A stretch of 24,720 nucleotides of DNA from Neophaeotheca triangularis. Taxonomy: Eukaryota. Numbering within the stretch: the stretch's first letter is position 1; each line of letters starts with the position of its first letter. A model generated the notes under the pieces. It had not been told where the DNA came from and did no database searches. It was given only the letters and a program-made list of their open reading frames with translations. A program made the translations under genes and the position numbers. Shown in pieces: positions 20,706 through 24,720 of the stretch. The DNA lies in the NCBI GenBank assembly GCA_054600435.1, contig BAAIJX010000029.1, positions 248,001 to 272,720 of the forward strand, written 5' to 3'.

Positions 20706-22390
20706 ATGAAGTATCTTGCCACCACCCTCGCCGCCTCTGGCCTTGTCGTTGCCCAAGACCCTTACGCCATCTACCAGCAATGCGGCGGTACCAACTTTGA
20801 GAACCCCGGCCCATGCGAGGCGGGACTCAAGTGCGTCGTGCAGAACCCATTCTACCATCAGTGCCGACCGAAGGAGTACGATGAGGGCTCCAAAGATGTT
20901 GTGACCTCCGAGGCTCTTCAAGCAGACATCACCCTCGATAGCCTCCTCGCCTCCGCCGCACGCTTGCAGGAGATCGCTGACGCCAACGGTGGCAACCGCG
21001 TATTCGGTAGCGGCGGGTCCAACGCCACCATCGACTGGCTCGAGGCAGAGTTGAACGCCCTCGGTACTTACGACGTCTACCGCCAGCCATTCGTCGAGCT
21101 CTTCTCTGGTGGCTTTGCGACCTTTTCCGCCGGCGGCTCCGAGTACGACGTTGCTCTCATGACTTACGCACCCAACGGCGAGGCCAGCGCTGCCTTGATT
21201 CCCGTCGACAATCTCGGTTGTGAGCTGTCCGACTACCCATCCGAGGTTGCCGATTCCATTGCCCTCATCTCTCGTGGCGAGTGTTCTTTCGCCATCAAGG
21301 CCGAAAACGCCCTGAGTGCCGGTGCTGCCGGTGCCATTATCTACAACAACGTCCCCGGTGCGCTTAGCGGAACTCTCGGTGGCGCTGGCGATTACGCCCC
21401 GGTTGTTGGCACTTCCCAAGAGGTTGGCAACGCACTCCTTGCGGCGGTTGAAGAAGCTGGCACACTCGAGGGCGACCTCGTTGTCAACACCATTCTCGAG
21501 AACCGTACCACGTTCAACGTCATTGCTGAGACGAGGGGTGGTGACAAGAGCAACGTGCTGGTTTTGGGTGGACACTCCGACTCGGTCGAAGCTGGGCCAG
21601 GTATCAACGACGATGGCAGCGGTATTGTCGGCTGTCTGGAAGTTGCCAAGGCTCTCTCCCAATACGATGTGAACAATGCTGTGAGGTTCGGATTCTGGTC
21701 GGCTGAGGAGTTTGGCCTTCTTGGGTCCTACGCCTATCTCCGCTCCATTAATGATAGCGTCGCAGAGGTCAACAAGCTCCGCGCCTACCTCAACTTTGAC
21801 ATGATGTTTGTTTTCCCCTTCCTCTGCCTTCGAAAATTCCCCAGCTAATTCTTAACTCCCCCAGCGCTTCCCCCAACTACATCCTCGGCGTCTACGACGG
21901 TGACGGCAGTGCTTTCGGTCTCACGGGTCCTCCTGGCTCTGGCGAGATCGAAGCAACCTTCCAAGATTTCTTTACCTCCCAAGGCGAAGCATTCCGCGAA
22001 ACCGAGTTCTCCGGCCGCTCCGACTACGCCGCCTTCCTTGAGAACGGCGTTCCTTCTGGCGGTCTCTTCACCGGCGCTGAGCAGCTCAAGACGGAAGCCG
22101 AGGTAGCCCTCTTCGGCGGTGAAGCGGGCGTCGCATACGACGTAAACTACCACCGAGTCGGCGACACCTACGACAACCTCAACCACGACGCTTTCCTCAT
22201 CAACTCCAAAGCCATCGCCGATGCCGTCGCCAAGTATGCTCAAAGCTTCGAGTCCCTGCCCGCCATGTCCTCCGTCCTACGTAGGGATTTGGCTGCGCGT
22301 GAGCGTTTGAGGGCCAAGTACCCCAGGGATGAGCACTCGCACGCTCATGGGATCCATGCCCCATGTGGCCAGGCTTCTTTGACGGAGTAG
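20706..22390 (+). CDS. Secreted M28 aminopeptidase (aminopeptidase Y/Lap2-like) with N-terminal CBM1 and a PA domain, ~541 aa, exons 20706-21805 and 21865-22390
   Basis: Signal peptide [19 protein letters not shown]1 pattern [20 protein letters not shown] domain [32 protein letters not shown]28 ligand motifs [39 protein letters not shown]. The 59-nt intron has a GCTAAT branch. Exon 2 is absent from the ORF track. Confidence 0.94.
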
Positions 22391-22661
22391 GGGAGGAGAG
22401 AATTGTCACTGACCGTTGTTTGGGAGCGCGTTTTGCGGTAGTGTGTTATGAGCGATGTGTATATGAAGAATGATCGTAATTACTTTCGTGAAACTTCTTG
22501 ATCTTGTCCATCCTGTCCTATTCCTTTGATATGAGAGGAGTCTCGCTAGGCGATCAATTCCACGTCTCCCGAGCAAATCATGCCTCAGCTAGGTAAAGCA
22601 GTCCAATTTAAAAGGCCCAATCTTTACGAGCACGGAAGACTTGTACTTCTTATTCCTCTAA

Positions 22662-22691
22662 CCATCAAGGTTGCCCTAGCCATCAAGGTTG
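22662..22691. repeat. 12-bp direct repeat CCATCAAGGTTG x2 with a 6-bp spacer
   Basis: Copies at 22662-22673 and 22680-22691. Confidence 0.75.
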
Positions 22692-23438
22692 AAGAACCTT
22701 CCCATGCTACGTGCAAAGGGCTAGAAGCGAGGTATTGGGGGGCGAGGGGGAGCTGTTGAAATTGGCTTGGGTTAAAAGCAAACCATGCCGGTCCTACTCG
22801 TTAGCTGGAAGACTGCATACGACGACATAACAGGGTACACGGCATCCCGGGGGCGTGCGAGTATCGGAGGAGTGTGTTGAAAGTGATGGGCGGAGTGCAT
22901 TGCTGAGGTTTTTGGTCCGTGATCCATGCTCCTTGGTAAAGAGTCGTCCGTTCATAATTGCACATCATTCATACCGCCTTGTGTGGTAGAATCCATAGTC
23001 CGCTTTCTGCAAAAATCTCCAGATTGGCATACGGTCATTATACCATCGTAGCGCAGACACGTTCGTTGCCACTGGATTCTCGTCTAGGCACTGCACGCGG
23101 CTCGTGATGGGACTGAGTTGAGGAATTTCTTTAGTGGGATTTCGAGGTAAAATACCTTTGTATCTTCATCGCTTCTTTTGCAACAATCTGGGGACGAGAG
23201 GATTGTAGTCTCCGGCCTCTTATAATGCTGCAGCTGACACTTCAAGAAGAGTGTAACGCTACCCAGCAGAGCACACCTTTGCAAATGCTGGTACGGTGCC
23301 TGCCAGATCATTGTCCTGGTCCAAAATCTTGGTATCCCGCAAAGGTAGGAGTCAGGGAGATCGGAAGAATTACTTAAACATTGATTGCTTATTTGCGTAC
23401 TCTCCCTTAACTAACCCCCAACCATCCTCGATTCGTGC

Positions 23439-23975
23439 TCACTTCGTCAACGGCGTGGCATAGAAGAGAGACGCAGCTTGGAGCGCAGCATCGATCTTCC
23501 CCGTCGCCACGAGAGCCTGCGGCGCCTGATCGAGACTCAATTTTGCGCCGACTGCAGCACTAAACGTCTCGTGGTCATACTTGAGCAAGTTGATGCTCGA
23601 AAATACCAGACTGGACAGCTCGGCCTCGTCGAAGAGATCCTTCTTCCCCTTCAACACCTCCAAGCCAGCTGGGATGGAAACACCGACGGTATCTTGAACA
23701 TTCTGCACGATGCGCTTGGATTCTTCGCTGGTGAAGCGCTTGGAGGCTTTTGCGTCGGCGAAACCCTGTCGGTTGATGTCGTGGATGTCGATGGCGGCGG
23801 TGAAGACGGGCTTTGATTGTAGGATGCCGCCGTTGTAGGCTTCGGTCTGGGCTGTGAGTGCTCGGACGGCAGTGTCGATGCCGGTGATGTCGTTGAAGAC
23901 TTGCTCTGCAGTGCGCTTTGTGATTGCTGCACAAAGCGCAAGAGGAGTGATGGCGAGGATAGCGAAGGCTTTCAT
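23439..23975 (-). CDS. hsbA: HsbA / cell-wall mannoprotein Mp1-like secreted protein, 178 aa
   Basis: Signal peptide plus a KR site (MKAFAILAITPLALCAAITKR), then an amphipathic helical HsbA-like pattern (VFNDITGIDTAVRALTAQTEAYNGG...KKDLF...KIDAALQAASLFY). Size is typical of the family. Recognised from memory, not by search. Confidence 0.8.
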   Translation of the reverse strand: MKAFAILAITPLALCAAITKRTAEQVFNDITGIDTAVRALTAQTEAYNGGILQSKPVFTAAIDIHDINRQGFADAKASKRFTSEESKRIVQNVQDTVGVSIPAGLEVLKGKKDLFDEAELSSLVFSSINLLKYDHETFSAAVGAKLSLDQAPQALVATGKIDAALQAASLFYATPLTK

Positions 23976-24076
23976 TCTGGCGGTGTGGGTTGGTCTTCTT
24001 TTTTCGTTTACTCTCAATGGGACGTTGTTACCGTTGCGTTGTCACGAATCTTAGAGGGTTGACAAGGGCGGCTACC

Positions 24077-24082
24077 TTTATA
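24077..24082 (-). promoter_or_regulatory. TATA box of the hsbA-like gene
   Basis: TATAAA on the minus strand ~102 nt upstream of ATG 23975. Confidence 0.6.
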
Positions 24083-24117
24083 GTATGTTCTCCCCGTTCA
24101 TCATCACATGCACGCGA

Positions 24118-24289
24118 CCTCGGTACCTCGTTCATGACGATGAGGTGATGAGGTGAGGTCCATGGTACTCCACGGATCGTCGCATACAGCGCAAACTTAG
24201 ACTCCAGAAAAGGCGTAAATAGGCAATCAAACTTCAAAGCTTGATGTCGATCTCCTTTGTTCACAAAAAGCTACGCTAAAACACCGAGG
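24118..24289. promoter_or_regulatory. Two FarA/CTF1-type CCTCGG motifs upstream of the hsbA-like gene
   Basis: CCTCGG at 24118-24123 and CCGAGG at 24284-24289. Confidence 0.4.
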
Positions 24290-24720
24290 CTGGATTCTTT
24301 AGGAACAGGACCAAAGCTAGCTGATCATCGGAACTTAATAGCTTATGTCTCGGGGTTTGTTGTGTGCCGGCTGCCCACCTACGATGGAAAGACCCGACCA
24401 ACACGCAGGCCATCGACTTCATTATCGTTCTCGTGCAAGCAGCAAACCGCGGCGCCGTCCATGTCGGCGTACTGATCAAGCTTTTGTTCATCACGGATTC
24501 AGTCTGTTCTTCCGTGACTAGAATACTCGCGATGTAAACGAACCCTACTGTTTGGCAATCTTCGTCCGTCTTTAGCTAAAGCCCTACCCACCCTAGGGCC
24601 TAGGCTAGTGGTGGTAGAAGGGAATTCCTGCTCGTTGCATACTGTTGTAATCCATCTCAAGTCGTTCGAGTTGCTGAATCCGCCCATTAGACCAGCCGAT
24701 GAGACCTTACATGCCCCCCC

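Noticed and set aside
20478..21662. 394-aa ORF antisense to the M28 peptidase
   Set aside because: Shadow ORF caused by GC3-biased codon usage.
22960..23311. Protein-like fragments on the minus strand downstream of hsbA
   Set aside because: Short, in different frames and without identifiable homology.
1..24720. Autonomous mobile element (Starship captain, transposase, LTR retroelement), CRISPR array, tRNA or rRNA
   Set aside because: No tyrosine recombinase, DDE or RT motifs, no repeat-spacer array and no recognisable structural RNA gene were seen.

Overview
Eukaryotic DNA from a filamentous ascomycete (short introns with CTRAC branch points; possibly a Dothideomycete, low confidence). The left ~7 kb holds two housekeeping genes on the minus strand, hapC (NF-YB subunit of the CCAAT-binding complex) and prefoldin subunit 2, both with unusually long introns. 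The right ~17 kb is an accessory-looking block: a secreted alpha-carbonic anhydrase, a fatty-acid dioxygenase-P450 fusion (Ppo/linoleate diol synthase family) head-to-head with a DUF2235/Tle1-like lipase, a secreted AA3_2 GMC oxidoreductase with a GC-AG intron, a CBM1-fused M28 aminopeptidase and an HsbA-family protein. The best candidate for an undescribed system is the Ppo + DUF2235 lipase pair, a putative lipid-release/oxylipin module. It lies in a four-gene block bracketed by two diverged, same-orientation copies of a pyrimidine-rich repeat (7939-8143 and 19519-19651). All exon boundaries were derived by hand and no database search was run.
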